The notes: generated by a model from the letters alone, not told the origin. Numbered from the stretch's first letter, positions 37,457-51,810 are shown. The stretch: DNA of 64,000 bases from Octopus sinensis (GCF_006345805.1 NC_043005.1:95418001-95482000); one strand, 5' to 3'. A program made the numbers and translations.

Positions 37457-39489
37457 TAGTGTAATAAATAAAATATATGCATACATACAAACATATATGT
37501 ACGTACCTACATCTACATGTATATATACATGCATATATAAATATATATACGTGAGTACAGGACACCACAACTAGACGTAGAACTCAACGAGAAACGAAAA
37601 CGGAAAAACAAGCATGGAATAAACCATTTTTTTACAACAGAAAAACAGAGTACAAGACAAACTACACAAGGAAAAATCCCCTTCATCAGCTGTCTCTAGT
37701 TCAACTCTAGCGTGTTTCGAAGGTAAGACCGAAAGAAAAAATATAACACAAACAGGACGTAAAAACGATACAAATAAAAATACAAAATAAAATACAAGAT
37801 AAAAATACATGTACAAGAAAATACAATACGAGAAATAAAAATAATAAACAAGAAACATTTTTTCTTTCATTTTTTTCTTTCTTTGTTTTTACCCCTCTGC
37901 GAAGTAATTTTATTTTAATTCTCTCGCAGGAAGGGCTAGTTTTACGAGTCGTGTTCTGTCTTACCTTCGAAACACGCTAGAGTTGAACTAGAGATAGCCG
38001 ATGAAGGGGATTTTTCCTTGTGTAGTTTGTCTTGTACTCTGTTTTTCTATTGTAAAAAAATGGTTTGTTCCATGCTTGTTTTTCCGTTTTCGTTTCTCGT
38101 TGAGTTCTACGTCTAGTTGTGGTGTCCTGTACTCACGTATATATATTTATATACGAGGGGCGTTCAATAAGTAATGCCCCTGACCCACTTCCCAAAGCAG
38201 TAGAGCAACGACACTTGGCACAGTTATTAGTCTTTTCCTACATAGGAACTACCCAGAGTTATGCATTTCTCCCATCGTTTGATACAGCTCTGGAGACCGT
38301 TTTTGTAGAAGACCCCAGCTTGGTCCTCCAACCACGACGTGACTTCAGAAATCAAGGCTGCATCATCTGGGAAACGCTTTCCTTTCAAAATCAACTTCAT
38401 GGTTGGGAAGAGGTGAAAATCAGAGGGTGCAAGGGGAGGAGTTCATAGCTGCACGCCTGTGCTTCTGATCTGGCGACACGCGAGTTGTGGACCGGAGCGT
38501 TGTCCTGCAGGAGGAGGATGCCTTTGCTGATCTTGCCCCGCCTCTTGATTTTGATAGCTTCTCTTAATTTCCTCAAAAGTGAAGCTTAATAGGCTCCTGT
38601 AACTGTGGTACCCTTTGCCAGGAAATCTGTCATCACTACTCAGTCCTGGTCCCAGAAGACTGTGAGCATAACCTTGTCAGCGGAGGGCTGCACCCTTGCC
38701 TTCTTTGGAGGAGGTGAGTCACGGTGCTTTCCCTGCATTGACTGGGCTTTGGTCTATGGATCATAGTGATAGACCCAGGTTTTACCCTGTGTGATCAGTC
38801 TTTTGAAACATTTTGACTCATCTTCTTGGCACATCTCCAAATTCATCCTCGAGCTCTCAACGCGTTCTTGCTTCTGGAAAGGTGTGAGCAACCTGGAAAT
38901 CCATCTGGCAGACACCTTTTGCATATGCAAATGGTCATGAATGATAGTTTCCACAGACCCGGTACTAATCTTGACCTTATGGGCTATTTGGCGAATAGTT
39001 ATGCGTTGACCTTCCAAAATGGCAGCCTCAACTTGACGGACAGATGCCTCATCAACGGCAGAAGGGGGCGACCAGATCTGGGAGCTGTTTCCACAGAGTT
39101 CTGACTGTGTTTGAATTCACAATGCCAGCGTTTTACAAGGTCATATGATGGGGCATCATCACCATAAGTTACTTTCATTTCATCAAAAGTCTCCCGTGGT
39201 GTGCGTCCTTTCAAATACAAAAACCAGATCACTGCTCGACACTCAACAGGCTCCATTTCACACTTGACTCAGTTCAAACACCTGTAAATCAGAAACCACC
39301 ATTAGTTCAGAGCTGTAATTCGCCACTTAATCTATAGAGGTATAAATAAGTGCACATGCTAGATCAGACAACTGCAAGTGGGTCAGGGGCATTACTTATT
39401 GAACGCCCCTCGTATGCATGTATATATACATGTAGATGTAGGTACGTACATATATGTTTGTATGTATGCATATATTTTATTTATTACAC

Positions 39490-39491
<2 letters not shown>
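37457..39491. mobile_element. Fold-back element (~273-bp arms) with permuted hammerhead-like motif; right arm interrupted by mariner
   Basis: 37457-37729 is the reverse complement of 37958-38153 + 39413-39491. Related single-arm copies lie at ~19128-19432, 27440-28030, 43735-44230 and 44250-44530. Confidence 0.85.
38154..39412 (-). mobile_element. Full-length mariner (1259 bp), perfect 37-bp TIRs, TA TSD, disrupted transposase
   Basis: TIR cgaggggcgttcaataagtaatgcccctgacccactt at both ends, flanked by TA. Motifs include the HTH region, APRSGRP, SARWISRLL, TWVYHYDP and LLQDNAPVH. Confidence 0.96.
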
Positions 39492-39559
<68 letters not shown>

Positions 39560-39647
39560 AGAGTTTACGAAAAAAACAAAAGACGAAGACAGGTGGTGTA
39601 CAAAACAAACAGATGTATTAGTATAACGCTCGGGAATAGAAAAAGGC

Positions 39648-39684
39648 TTTTACGTTTCGAGCCTACGCTCTTCTACACAAAAAA
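39648..39684 (-). ncRNA. Degenerate minimal hammerhead-like motif
   Basis: Minus strand reads gtgtaga-a-gagc-gtag-gctc-GAAACGTA-aaag. Stem II and GAAA/stem III fit, but the 5' core is mutated. Confidence 0.35.
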
Positions 39685-39732
39685 CAAGGAGAGAAACAAG
39701 GATATATATATATATATATATTATATATATAC

Positions 39733-39763
<31 letters not shown>

Positions 39764-39788
39764 CGTATACATGTATGCACATATACGC

Positions 39789-39859
<71 letters not shown>

Positions 39860-40480
39860 TGTTTATTAAACATCAACATATAGGGAATAAATAGAAGACA
39901 GGATTTCAATATTTGCCAATATACTGTTTACTTGTTGTTTCTTTGTTGAACGAATTGTTAATGGAATGAGGAGAAAGATGTGTTTTGAAAACATTTCCAC
40001 GGTTCTAAGATTGCTTAATGGTAGGGTCTGTTTTGAGTATCAGTTACAGTCGTTGGCTCTTGCAATTCGTTAAGGATGAGGAATGGGGAGAGGTAGAGTG
40101 TGAGAGAAAGTTAAGAGGAGAGACGGAAGCAGCGAAATAGAAATGGAAGATTTTGAGAGGATGGCAGGGAAAGAATGATGTGAGGGAGAGAAAAGAGGAC
40201 AAAAAGAGAAACAGAGAGAGAGGAATAGATGGTCAATAAACTGAAAGCTATAAATGAAGAAATCAACAGAGGAACGGATAAACAACGGGGGAGTGAGAAA
40301 GAGAAAGAGAGAAGGCGAATATGTACATATATATATATATATAATATATATATATATATAAATAATATATAAATGTATGCATATATACATATATATATAT
40401 ATATAATATATATATATATAATATAAATAATATATAAATGTATGCATATATACATATATATATGTAATATACATATACAT

Positions 40481-40519
<39 letters not shown>

Positions 40520-41056
40520 ATATATATATGTATATGTATATATATATCATTCCCTCACTCTCTCTCTCTCCTATACACGCACAAATCTACATACTTGCAT
40601 GCATATATATTCGCGCGCGCACACATCCGTTGCTTTTAACGAACAGCAGAAAGAAAAAAACACTCATTACCTACACCGTATTTATGTATGCATAAATGTA
40701 TATACGTGTCTATCTATATGCATATATGCATATATATATAAATACACGCACGCGCGCACACAAACACAAACACACACACACACACGCACACGCACACACA
40801 CACAAACACAAACACATGCGCGCGCATACTCACACACTTGAAAAATTAAGACAAAGAAGAAAAGAAAGGAAGGAAAATGAGAGGGAGAGAGAGAAAGAGG
40901 GAGCTGGGAAAACAGAAACATGAAAGCAGGCAAAGATTGTAAGATATTTCGAAAGATGATACTTTGAATTTTCAAATAACTATTTGAACTATTTGAAACT
41001 CTGGAAAAATAAGAACTGCCAAAAGAATGTTTTCATACAGTTAGCTTTTATATAAA

Positions 41057-41449
41057 CTAGCAGTATCGCCCGGCGTTGCTCGGGTTTGTTTCGACCCTTT
41101 AGAATTGGAATTTTTGAAAAGTAAAAAATGTGCATTATGTAGCTTGTTATTCTCTTTAAGTGAACATTTTTCTGGTTGAAATACACCGAAAAATGGCGAC
41201 ACAGCAGTCAAAAAATCGTAAAAAATAGGGATTTCCATAGGAAAAAAAGCACCTTTTTGGTGTAAATAATTTTTGGTCTTAACATGGTCCGATTTGAATT
41301 TTATCTTCTACGGAAGGAAGAGCAAGCCTTCTTCTATCATACTCTCAATTTTGGTCAACTTGCGCCGCAGGGTCTCGGAGGACATAGTGTTAGTTGGAGG
41401 CTACCAAACCTGCCACACACAGACAATTTCAGCTTTATATATATATTGA
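41057..41449 (-). mobile_element. Non-autonomous Helitron
   Basis: Minus strand starts TC(aatatatatataaagctg) and ends with hairpin cccgagcaacgccggg then CTAG. It is inserted between A and T without a TSD. Confidence 0.8.
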
Positions 41450-44400
41450 TTAGCTCAGACCCACTGGAGGAGCCATCGACTGTATCTATACCAGTGATCT
41501 CCATTTATTATTTTTTTTACACTACAGACTGGTTTCATGCAAGACAAATTTTCCACTGTCCGAGAGACAACGCGCATAACAAAACACAATAAAGTGCATA
41601 ATACATAATTTAATTATTACATATATTATTCGTATATATTGCATATATAATCCTTTCTACAATAACTACAAGATGTGAAATTTGCGGGGGAAGGGCGAGT
41701 CGATTATATCGACCCCCAATGTTTCACTGGTACTTATTTCATCAATCCCGAAAGGATGAGGGGCAAAGTCGATCTCGGCAGAATTTGAACTCAGAATTTG
41801 AAGTGAACAAAAGGCCAATAGCCATATTGTCCAGCTTGCTAAAAGTTCTGAAAGCTCGCCTCCTTACATATATAAAATTGGTTTCAAATCTTGGCACAAG
41901 ATCAGTGATTTCAGGGAAGAGGTTAAGTCGATTACATCAACCTCAGTGGTCTACTGAGATTGATGTTTTATCGACCTCAAAAGGACAAAAGGCAAGACGA
42001 CCTCGGCAGAATTTGAACTCAGAACGGTAAGACGGACGAAATGCCACTAAGCGTTTTGTCCGGCGTGCTAAAAGTTCTACCAGCTCGCCTCCTTACATAT
42101 ATAATAATACTTATATATTTGGAGAAAGAAAAACAAAACAAAGCAAAAAAAAACCGCAGATTGTAATAGTGAATAAAATAGATATTAAAATTTGAAAAGA
42201 TTTAAATAATATTAAAAAATGTTATTCTTCCTGTTCGGCCCTGTGTCAAAGGATCCACGATCCGGTGTCTGCAACCCTGTGGTTGGAAAGTCAAATTGCA
42301 ACCAACTCTCCTTCAGATTCTGTTGCATAGCTAGGGTTGGGTGAGGTTGGAGGTCCGCCCTGGTCGACGCTTTTATGGGTGGGGGGACACTTTTAGGTCA
42401 GCCGTATTAGCTTGTATAGAATAGCAGGCGTCCATGAAGAGGTGGAAAATTCAAGGTCTGCCTCGGCCGATACACATTCTAACTACGACTGTACTCAAAT
42501 TACAACCTGTTGATATGGACAATGTAAGCGCAAAATATACATAAGGGAAACAAATGTGATTAAAGAAACCGTTTGAATCATTAAACCAGGGCAAAGTTAG
42601 GTCTTCCGATGGCGACCACAACAACGACAATAACAGCAACAACTTAACAAACCATTGAATGTGCTCCATCGTGGTTGCTCAAACTGCTGTAAATAGTCTT
42701 CTATTAAACAATACTCTACTATTACATTGGGGACTAGAAAATATTTGCATTTGTAGGTAACACTTATATATTTCTCAACAAATTTCATACATACATACAT
42801 ACATACATACATACATACATACATAATTACGTGTATATATATTTGTATATTTATATGTAAACACACACACACAAACACATAGCCCCCCCCCCCTCCACAT
42901 ATCGTTTTGTATTTGGTTTGCAAGATTATAGATGCAAATACATTACATACATATGTATGTGTGTATACACACACACATACACACACACACACACACGCAC
43001 ATTTATATATATAACATTCATATACGGATTATATAAATGCATTGAATCTATAAACGTATAATTGAATTTTTGTGGTTTTAAAAAAGCCTGCCTGTTTTGG
43101 AATTGAATTTCACCAGATTATGGAACAATTATTTTATATAATTAGTTGATTGCTTGGCATTGAGAAGGAATCTGAAGCTGAATTTCTCATTAAGGTTTAT
43201 AAATTATATTGGCCGTGGCTCCTGTATTATTTTATCCGCTTTCCAGGTCTTCATAATAGAATATTATATTACACAAATATATATATATATATATATATCC
43301 TTTCGTATATACATCCTTTTATAAATATACAAGTAAACGCATAATTACATATATGTATACAAGTATAAATACACTTATGCATGTATATAGTGCATGCATT
43401 CTTGATGCATACATACAATCATACATGCGTATATACATAGATGAAGAGCTACGCATGTACATCAAGCATGGGATGTGCGTAGATACACAGAATAGGCAAC
43501 AGGCAAATATAAAATACACTGTCGACAAAAGGCTTTTCTTTTGTTCGAGACAATGCGTAAAATTTCTTAGACAAGAAAACTATTTGCTTTTATATTCTTT
43601 TACTTGTATCAGTCATTAGACTGCAGCCATGCTGGGGCACCGTCTTGAGGTATTTTAATGGAACTAATCGATCCCAGTACTTATTTTGAAGCTTGATACT
43701 TATTCAATTGTTCTCTTATACCGGACCTCTAAATTAAGGAAAACAAGACAAACAACATAAAGTACATAAAGAACGACCCTTCATCAGTTGTTGGCTGTTT
43801 TTCTACTCTCGTATTTCGAGCATTTAACAACAATATACGCTTTCGATGAAACAGTTGCTTCCGCAAAGCAAATTAAATAAAATTTGGGATTTTGAGGAGA
43901 GTCAAAATTGATAACATAAACAGGACAGTGAAAACAAACAGGAAGGGCTGCAAAGCCTAAACGAGGTTGTGGTGGCGAACGCGTAAATCAAGTAGGACTA
44001 GAGACAGACAAGGACACATCTTCCTTGTTCCACCTACAACGGAAAGAAAAAAGAAACACAATTTAGAAGAAGAAAGAAAGATGGCCGATGCACACGTGGG
44101 ATCCACAAGAGCAAGGGAGGAGGAGTGAGTGAGTGAGAGAGAGTGACAGGATAGAATAGTAGGAGAAGAGGAGATAAAAGAATAAGAGAGAGAAGGAGAG
44201 AAAAACGAAAGAGTAAAAAGATCGTATAGAGTGCGCATCAGAATTATTAAGATAAAACTTACTTGGAAGAAGATGTGTGGTGTTCAGTCATGTAATAATA
44301 TAAATAATATATATATATATATATATATATATTCATATATACATACGTATATGTACATACATCTATACGTATATATATATATGTGCATATGTGGGTACAG

Positions 44401-45044
44401 GACGTCATGAAGCGTATACAACAAAAAATACGAAGTACGAATACATGGAATGTGAACTATTTTATCGAACAACGAAAGACACAAATGGAAAACAAAACAA
44501 CCAATGTAAAGAACATAAAGAACGTGCTCACGTGACTCTCACATGACCATCGGCCATCTTTCTTTCTTCTCCTAACACTGAGGACACTGCAGCAACGTAA
44601 AATGAATGTTGCTCAGGAACACGACACATCACTCGGTCCGGGAATTGAACAATTAAGCCACGTGTTTTAGCCCATTTATTTTTCCCTGTATGTAGAAAGT
44701 AAATTTGACTTTGGTAAGATTTGAACTTAAAGCACAAAGTGCTGGAACGAACACCGCATGGCATTCTTCGGATGCTGCAACGATTTTACCAAATCGTCAC
44801 CGTACAGAAGAATAAATGAATATATAAACATTGAAATATTCTTTTCTACTCTAGACACAAGGGGAGGGGGCCAGTCGATTAGATCGACCCCAATACACAA
44901 CTGGTACTTAATTTATCGACCCTGAAAGGAGGAAAGCAAAGTTTACCTCGGCAGAATTTGAACTCAGAACATAAAGACAGACGATATATCTATTTCTTTA
45001 CTACCCACAAGGAGCTAAACACAGAGGGGACAAACAAGGACAGA

Positions 45045-45204
45045 TATCGACCCCAGTGCGTAACTGGTACTTAATTTATCGACCCCGAAAGGATGAAAGG
45101 CAAAGTCGACCTCGGCGGAATTTGAACTTAGGACGTAATGGCAGACGAAATACGGCTACGCATTTCGCCCCGCGTGCTAACGTTTCTGCCAGCTCGCCGC
45201 CTTA
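45045..45204 (-). mobile_element. tRNA-derived SINE family B
   Basis: Minus strand reads ggcggcgagctggcagaaacgttag...agttcaaattccgccgaggtcgactttgcctttcatcctttcggggtcgat, with A/B boxes separated by an insert. Other copies: ~3495-3700(+), 4265-4470(-), 37145-37315(-), 41655-41865(-), 41885-42095(-), 44840-44985(-) and 45285-45470(+). Confidence 0.8.
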
Positions 45205-45905
45205 TAAACATTTAAATATTGTTTTTTTTTGGGTTTTTTTAAAAAACTGTTATTTAAATTGATTTTAATATTTCAGCTATCAAAAGTGGCACGCCGGGGA
45301 AATGCTTAATGGCATTTCATCTTTCTTTACCTTAGTTCAAATTCCCCAGAGGTCAACTTTACCGTTCGTCCTTTCGAAATCGATAAAATAAGTATCAGTT
45401 CAACACTGAGATCGATATAATCGACTTACCCCACCCCGATATTGGTGGTTTTGTGACAAAATTTGAAACCAATATCTGAAAGTATACAGAAACACGCGCG
45501 CATGCACACACACACACACACACACACGCACACACATTCTAATTTATTTAAATATAAATACCTGCAAAAAAAAGAAGAGGAAAGCCACAGGGATATGTCA
45601 TGAAGTACAAGACATAAATAATGCATACGGACACATACATTCAAAATGGAGCCGTTTTGAATTTGTCGTATTGCCAAAAGAAGAAGTAGTTGAATATTTT
45701 GTTCAACCCCTCATTTATATATATATATATATATACACGTATGAATGTATTTACGTATGTGTAAATACATATACCTATGTATATATACACGCATAAATAT
45801 ATGCATATTAGTATGTTTTGTGTGTATATATATGCATGCATTCATGCATACTGACTGACATATATATATACATACACTACATATATATGTACGCATGCTT
45901 ATATG

Positions 45906-45975
<70 letters not shown>

Positions 45976-46249
45976 TATACTGACTTGCATGGCTCTATCC
46001 ACTTCTAGTTTTGTCTTACGTTGGTAAAACTCTTTCATTGATAATAAGATTGACGCAAATAAAGGAATCCTCTTATACATCATCATCATCGTTTACATCA
46101 TCAGTTTCTGACAATATTTTTCCCCACTTTGAGCAATTCACAAACAAATGTACCATTCATGACCTAAAACGGGCAACTAAAAATATCTTTAGCTTGTTCT
46201 TATTTATTCTAATTTATTGTTTCCCTGTTTTGCAAAATACACCAATATC

Positions 46250-47340
46250 TAAAAGCACTAACATCGAAACAGCAGAGACTAAATGGCTACATTGTAACAC
46301 GAAATAAAATAAGATCTTATACCCTAAGATGGACTAAATCTTATAAAGAAGAAAGTAAAGATTTTAAAGCAACAGTAGGCTGGTGCAATCGTTTTATGAA
46401 CAGAAAAAAATCTGGTAATAAGGGAAAAAATTAAAATCGCCCCAAAACTCCCGAAAGATCTCGATCACAAAGTAACCAGTTTTCACCAGTTCATCATCCA
46501 GCAGAGAAAAGGGCGTTAGTTTCCATTGTCTCTTATTGGAAATATCGATGAAACTCCATTAAACTTTGACATGCTGGGTAACAAAACAGTAGATTTGAAA
46601 GGAGTAAAAACAGTGCACGTTAAAAGCACAGGATATGAGAAAACGAAGTTTATAGTGATATCCTGCATGGCTGATGGTACAAAATTAAAACCCATGGTTA
46701 TTTTTAAATGTAAAAACAAAGCCCAAAATAGATTTTCCTCCTGGCATTTTTGTTCATTTTCATGGGAAAGGGTAGAGGGACGAGAGTGGTGTGAAATTAT
46801 GGATTGAGAATATTTGGAACAGGCGGCCAGGTGGCATACGAAATGAACGCAGTTTATTGGTTTGCGATATGTTTCGTAGCCACGTAACAGCAAATACTAA
46901 AACCCGGTTATCCAAAACCAATACTGATATTGCTGTTATTCCTGGTGGTTTGACTTCTATACTGCAACCACTTGATGTCAGTTTAAACAAACCATTTAAA
47001 GATAATGTGAGAAAGCAGTGGAATGACTGGATGATGAATAGAGAAAAATCTTTTATAAATGGTGGAGCTATGCATGCTGTTTCACTTGATGTTCTCTGTG
47101 ATTTTGTTATAAAGGCATCGGACAAAGTTAAAGTAGAAAGTGAGGTAAAATCATTTTTAAAATGCGGTATCTCTAATGCCATCGATGGTACCGAAGACGG
47201 TACAATAGCGACGACGAAATCGATTCACCAGAACCAGGCGGGAATCCTTACAATGACGGCATATATGATGAATCTTGTGATATGTATGAGAAACTTATAG
47301 AAACAAGTAGTGATGATTGTGAGGAATTTGATGGGTTTTA
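46250..47340 (+). mobile_element. pogo/Tigger-like transposase remnant (CENP-B HTH + DDE)
   Basis: Motifs FKATVGWCNRFM (~46360), GNIDETPLNFDM, ADGTKLKPMVIFK, LLVCDMFRSH and GGLTSILQPLDVSLNKPFK. Frameshifted; ends not defined. Confidence 0.88.
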
Positions 47341-47890
47341 GATAAACACATATGGCAGGTTTGATGTTTTATTGATATTATATATCTCGAAAGAAAATAA
47401 AAACAATTTATAGTGTCTTAAAATAATTTCATTGCAAATGACAGGTTGTGTGTAATCCAAATTGTGTTATTTACCACCAAATGATAATAGATATCTTATG
47501 AAAAAAGTAAATATGTTATTCTAAATGTTATTAGTTATACAACACTATTAAAACTTTTGAAAGGTTAGCAAAAGATAAAGGTTATTGTGAGCGCAACCAT
47601 AACTCGATATTTACATTTTCTCTGCCTAACTCGCATAGATAAAAGTTGATTTCAATAATATAGAATTATCTCTCGAATAGGCTATTTATTATGAAGGTAT
47701 GCTAATAATATATAAAGTAAAAATGTTTTTATTACCTGTATTATGATTGTTTCTTATTTTGTTAATCTGTTCCCGTATGTCTGTGGTTATCGCAACGAGG
47801 TCGAGGTTAGCTTCTTTATAAAATCACTTAAAATTCAAAGTTTGATTTTTAGAATGGTGGGTATAAGACGACCCCAAATTACTAGGGTAA

Positions 47891-47969
<79 letters not shown>

Positions 47970-48572
47970 GTGCTTGAAAATGACCACATCTCACTCCTCT
48001 GGAACTTCACCATTCAAACTGACAGAAAGATAGATGCAAATAGGCCAGACATCATATTGAAAGACTTCAAACAAAGAACATGCCTCCTCATTGATATGAC
48101 TGTCCCAATCGATATAAACGTATCTGTCAAGACCTACTAAAAACTGAGCAAATATAAAGATCTTGAAAAAAAATCAGCAAAATGTGGAACCTGAAGACTA
48201 AAACAATACCTGTTGTCATAGGTGCCCTGGGAATGATAGCAAAAGGGGCTGATAGCTACCTAACTCAGATACCAGGAAACCCAAAAATGGCAGAAATTCA
48301 AAAGATAGTGCTCATGGGAACTGCTCATATCCTACGCAAAATACTTTCTATGTAATCTCAAGGTTTAAAACAAACATAATTTTCGGTTTAAAAAAAAAAA
48401 AAAATTTTTTTTTTTTAGACATTCATTAGTACAACACCAAAAACTCCCCCCCCCCAATATATGGCACACTAGGAATAACAACAACATGAACTTCCAACCT
48501 GTTGTCTCTTGAGGTCTCTGGGTGAGACTTGGAGCCAACTTGTACAAATATAAAGCAAAACTCAAGCATAGT
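47970..48572 (+). mobile_element. 5'-truncated R4/Dong-type non-LTR retrotransposon (REL endonuclease + 3'UTR) in (TAA)n
   Basis: ENDHISLLWNFTIQTDRKIDANRPDII...LLIDMTVP...KLSKYKDLE...IPVVIGALG...GTAHILRKIL, with (TAA)n on both sides. Confidence 0.9.
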
Positions 48573-48644
<72 letters not shown>

Positions 48645-49470
48645 TAATATAATAATAATAGTAAATGGCAAGTTTGGGTGTTTGTGAAATTGCTACATTA
48701 ACTCCTCCGAGACTATCCAACAGACTTTGATGAAACTTGACATGTGTGGCGGGGTTTATGCGCATGCGGCCACTTACGCACTTGGAATTTTTTTTAATTG
48801 ATTTTTAATCGGGATTGATTTTTCACAAATTTTAAAATTTCGGCATTTTTCGCACTAGTTATCGTGACATCAATTTGACGAAAAATGCCGGAATTTGACG
48901 AAAAATGTTTCATGGGTATAAACAGACAGCTGATTAAGGGTAATCTATTTAGCATTTGCTAATTCTTCATTTCAATGCGAATTGTTTTGATTTGCTAAAA
49001 CTTATTATTTCAATTCGTTGTTTTAATTCCCCAGCGTTTCAGGTTTTGATTAGGTAAGACCATTTTATTTCTCAAGCAAAATTTAGGTATTTTGCGCACT
49101 AGCCGTCCTGACATCAATTTGACGAAATGTGCCCCTGAGCGTAAAATTTCGCCATTTTACGCACGTGCATAAAAATGACGACAAAACAGGTTCGCTACAC
49201 AATCTTGTACGCAGTTAATTGAACCTTGTTGATTCATTATTTTTGCTCGCCTACAATATAGTGTATTATTCTCGGAGATCTTAAGGTGATAATAGTATCT
49301 TTAGCGTCTATTTCTTGCAGTGCGTGGTGAGGCGTAAAGCCAATCCTTTGTTATAATTATGTATATAATTATAAAATATCTTTTAAAATTTACCGATGAG
49401 GTTTTTATTTCCGCACTGACCACCTGGTAAAACTTTTATCGATTTTACCTTTTATTATAATTAATTTTGA

Positions 49471-49516
<46 letters not shown>

Positions 49517-49544
49517 GATATATATATATTATATATATATATTT

Positions 49545-50381
49545 TATATAATTAGGGCTTAGTAAAATAAATTACTTCGCCACATACTGAACTTAGTAGA
49601 AATAGCAGCCAAAACAATTTTCTTAGCATTTCTACTACTTAAATGCTAAGAAAATTTGTTTTGGCTGCTATTTCTACTAAGTTCAGTATGTGGCGAAGTA
49701 ATTTATTTTACTAAGCCCTAATTATATAATGTAATATTTTGAATTCGCCTTAAATGGTCCTTTTACATACTGAACACTTGGTGAAATTGATAATTAATTA
49801 TTTTACCCTCAATTGTTGATATTATAATTCATTCTCTCGGTCATATTGCCTCGGTTCTCGCGGTTAAAATATAATGTTTGCTAGATAGACCACGTGGGTG
49901 GAATGGGGAGTGCAGAATTTTACGCCTGCGCATTTTGAATTTGTTGACACTGTTAGTTGGAGTGGTTCATCTGAAGCGACAAGTTTGCTGATAGGTAAAG
50001 TTCCTTCTTTTTAGTGTTTCCAAATCCAAATTAAGAAATTTTGAGCTGACGAAAGAAATGCTGATTTTATTTGGCTAATCTTGAAACGTTGACGTACTCA
50101 AACGATCTATGTACTTGTGATATTTTTCTGTATTTACCCCCAAACCTTCGTGAGCTGTCTAGAGTAAACATTATCTGAGAGAAATTTTCTTTAAGTAGTA
50201 GAAATGCTAAGAAAATTTGTTTTGGCTGCTATTTCTACTAAGTTCAGTATGTGGCGAAGTAATTTATTTTACTAAGCCCTAATTATATAATGTAATATTT
50301 TGAATTCGCCTTAAATGGTCCTTTTACATACTGAACACTTGGTGAAATTGATTAATTAATTAATTTTACCCTCAATTGTTG

Positions 50382-50384
<3 letters not shown>
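49545..50384. mobile_element. Non-coding pseudo-LTR element: inverted arm + ~182-bp direct repeats (period ~561 bp) in (TA)n
   Basis: 49641-49822 is repeated at 50202-50384. 49545-49642 is the reverse complement of 50191-50288. Confidence 0.85.
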
Positions 50385-50420
<36 letters not shown>

Positions 50421-50430
50421 ATATATATAT

Positions 50431-50670
50431 ACTCTTTACTCTTTACTCTTTACTTGTTTCGGTCATTTGACTGCGGCCATGCTGGAGCACTGCCTTTAAT
50501 CGAGCAACTCGACCACGGGACTTATTCTTTTGTAAGCCTAGTACTTATTCTATCGGTCTCTTTTGCCGAACCGCTAAGTAACGGGGACATAAACACACCA
50601 GCATCGGTTGTCAAGCGATGTTGGGGGGGGGACAAACACAGACACACAAACACACACACGCACATATATA

Positions 50671-50714
<44 letters not shown>

Positions 50715-50877
50715 TACATATATACGACGGGCTTCTTTCAGTTTCCGTCTACCAAATCCACTCACAAGGTATTGGTCGGCCCGGGGCTATAGCAGAAGAC
50801 ACTTGCCCAAGATGCCACGCAGTGGGACTGAACCCGGAACCATGTGGTTGGTTAGCAAGCTACTTACCACACAGCCA
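50431..50877 (-). mobile_element. SINE family A copy
   Basis: Reverse complement of the 18337/22669 copies. Confidence 0.88.
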
Positions 50878-51437
50878 TATACATATATACCATTTATTTT
50901 TTTTATCTTTTACTTGTCTCAATCATTAAACTGCGGCCATGCAGGGGTATCGCCTCGAAGGGTTTAGTCGAACAGATCGACCCCAGTACCTATGTTTCTT
51001 TTTGCTCTCTCAAGCAGGTACTCACTCTGTCGTATTCTTTTCCTAAACTGCTATGTTATGGAGAGTGTAAACAAGCCATCATATATATATATATATTATA
51101 TATATATATATATATATATCATTTCCGATTTGAAGGTGAAAAGAAAAACTGCATTTTCTTTTCATCTGAGTGGAGTCAAAAGCTTACAGCAGACTTGAGT
51201 TAAAGTCAAAGTAAACAGCCCAAAAAGAACAGAGGCAAGAAATAAAACTAGATTGTTTAAGCACTCATTAAATGCAGAGAGAATGTAAGTATAATGGCAA
51301 TTTCATAAGGTCTTAAGAAAACATTACTGGCTGGCGTTCGTAATAAAGGATTCAACGTGAACGCTTTGATTTCTTCAATTCCTTCTTTTATTTATTTGTT
51401 GTCTGTTTCTCTTTCTTTCTGCAATTCTTTCTTTCTC

Positions 51438-51468
<31 letters not shown>

Positions 51469-51719
51469 CTCTTTTATACATACACACACACACACGCACA
51501 CACAATCGGACTTTCTTGCGCTCTCTATCTCTATTTCATTCTGTGTGTTGTTTCCTCCTCACACATTTTCTGACCTTCTTTTCTTTCAAGATCTATAGAT
51601 TCATTCGTACCAGTCTTCTTTGTAAAAGGTTAATAATGTAAAAGATCGGTCATTCGGACATTCTTATGTACAATAATACATACATGCATACATCTACACA
51701 CACACACGCACGTACATGG

Positions 51720-51788
<69 letters not shown>

Positions 51789-51810
51789 GCAAAAAGAAGA
51801 GAGAATGGGC

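Noticed and set aside
49596-49612. Resemblance of (gc)tagaaatagc to the Cas9 sgRNA scaffold
   Set aside because: The match is only ~10 nt and spans an engineered tetraloop; the rest of the scaffold is absent.
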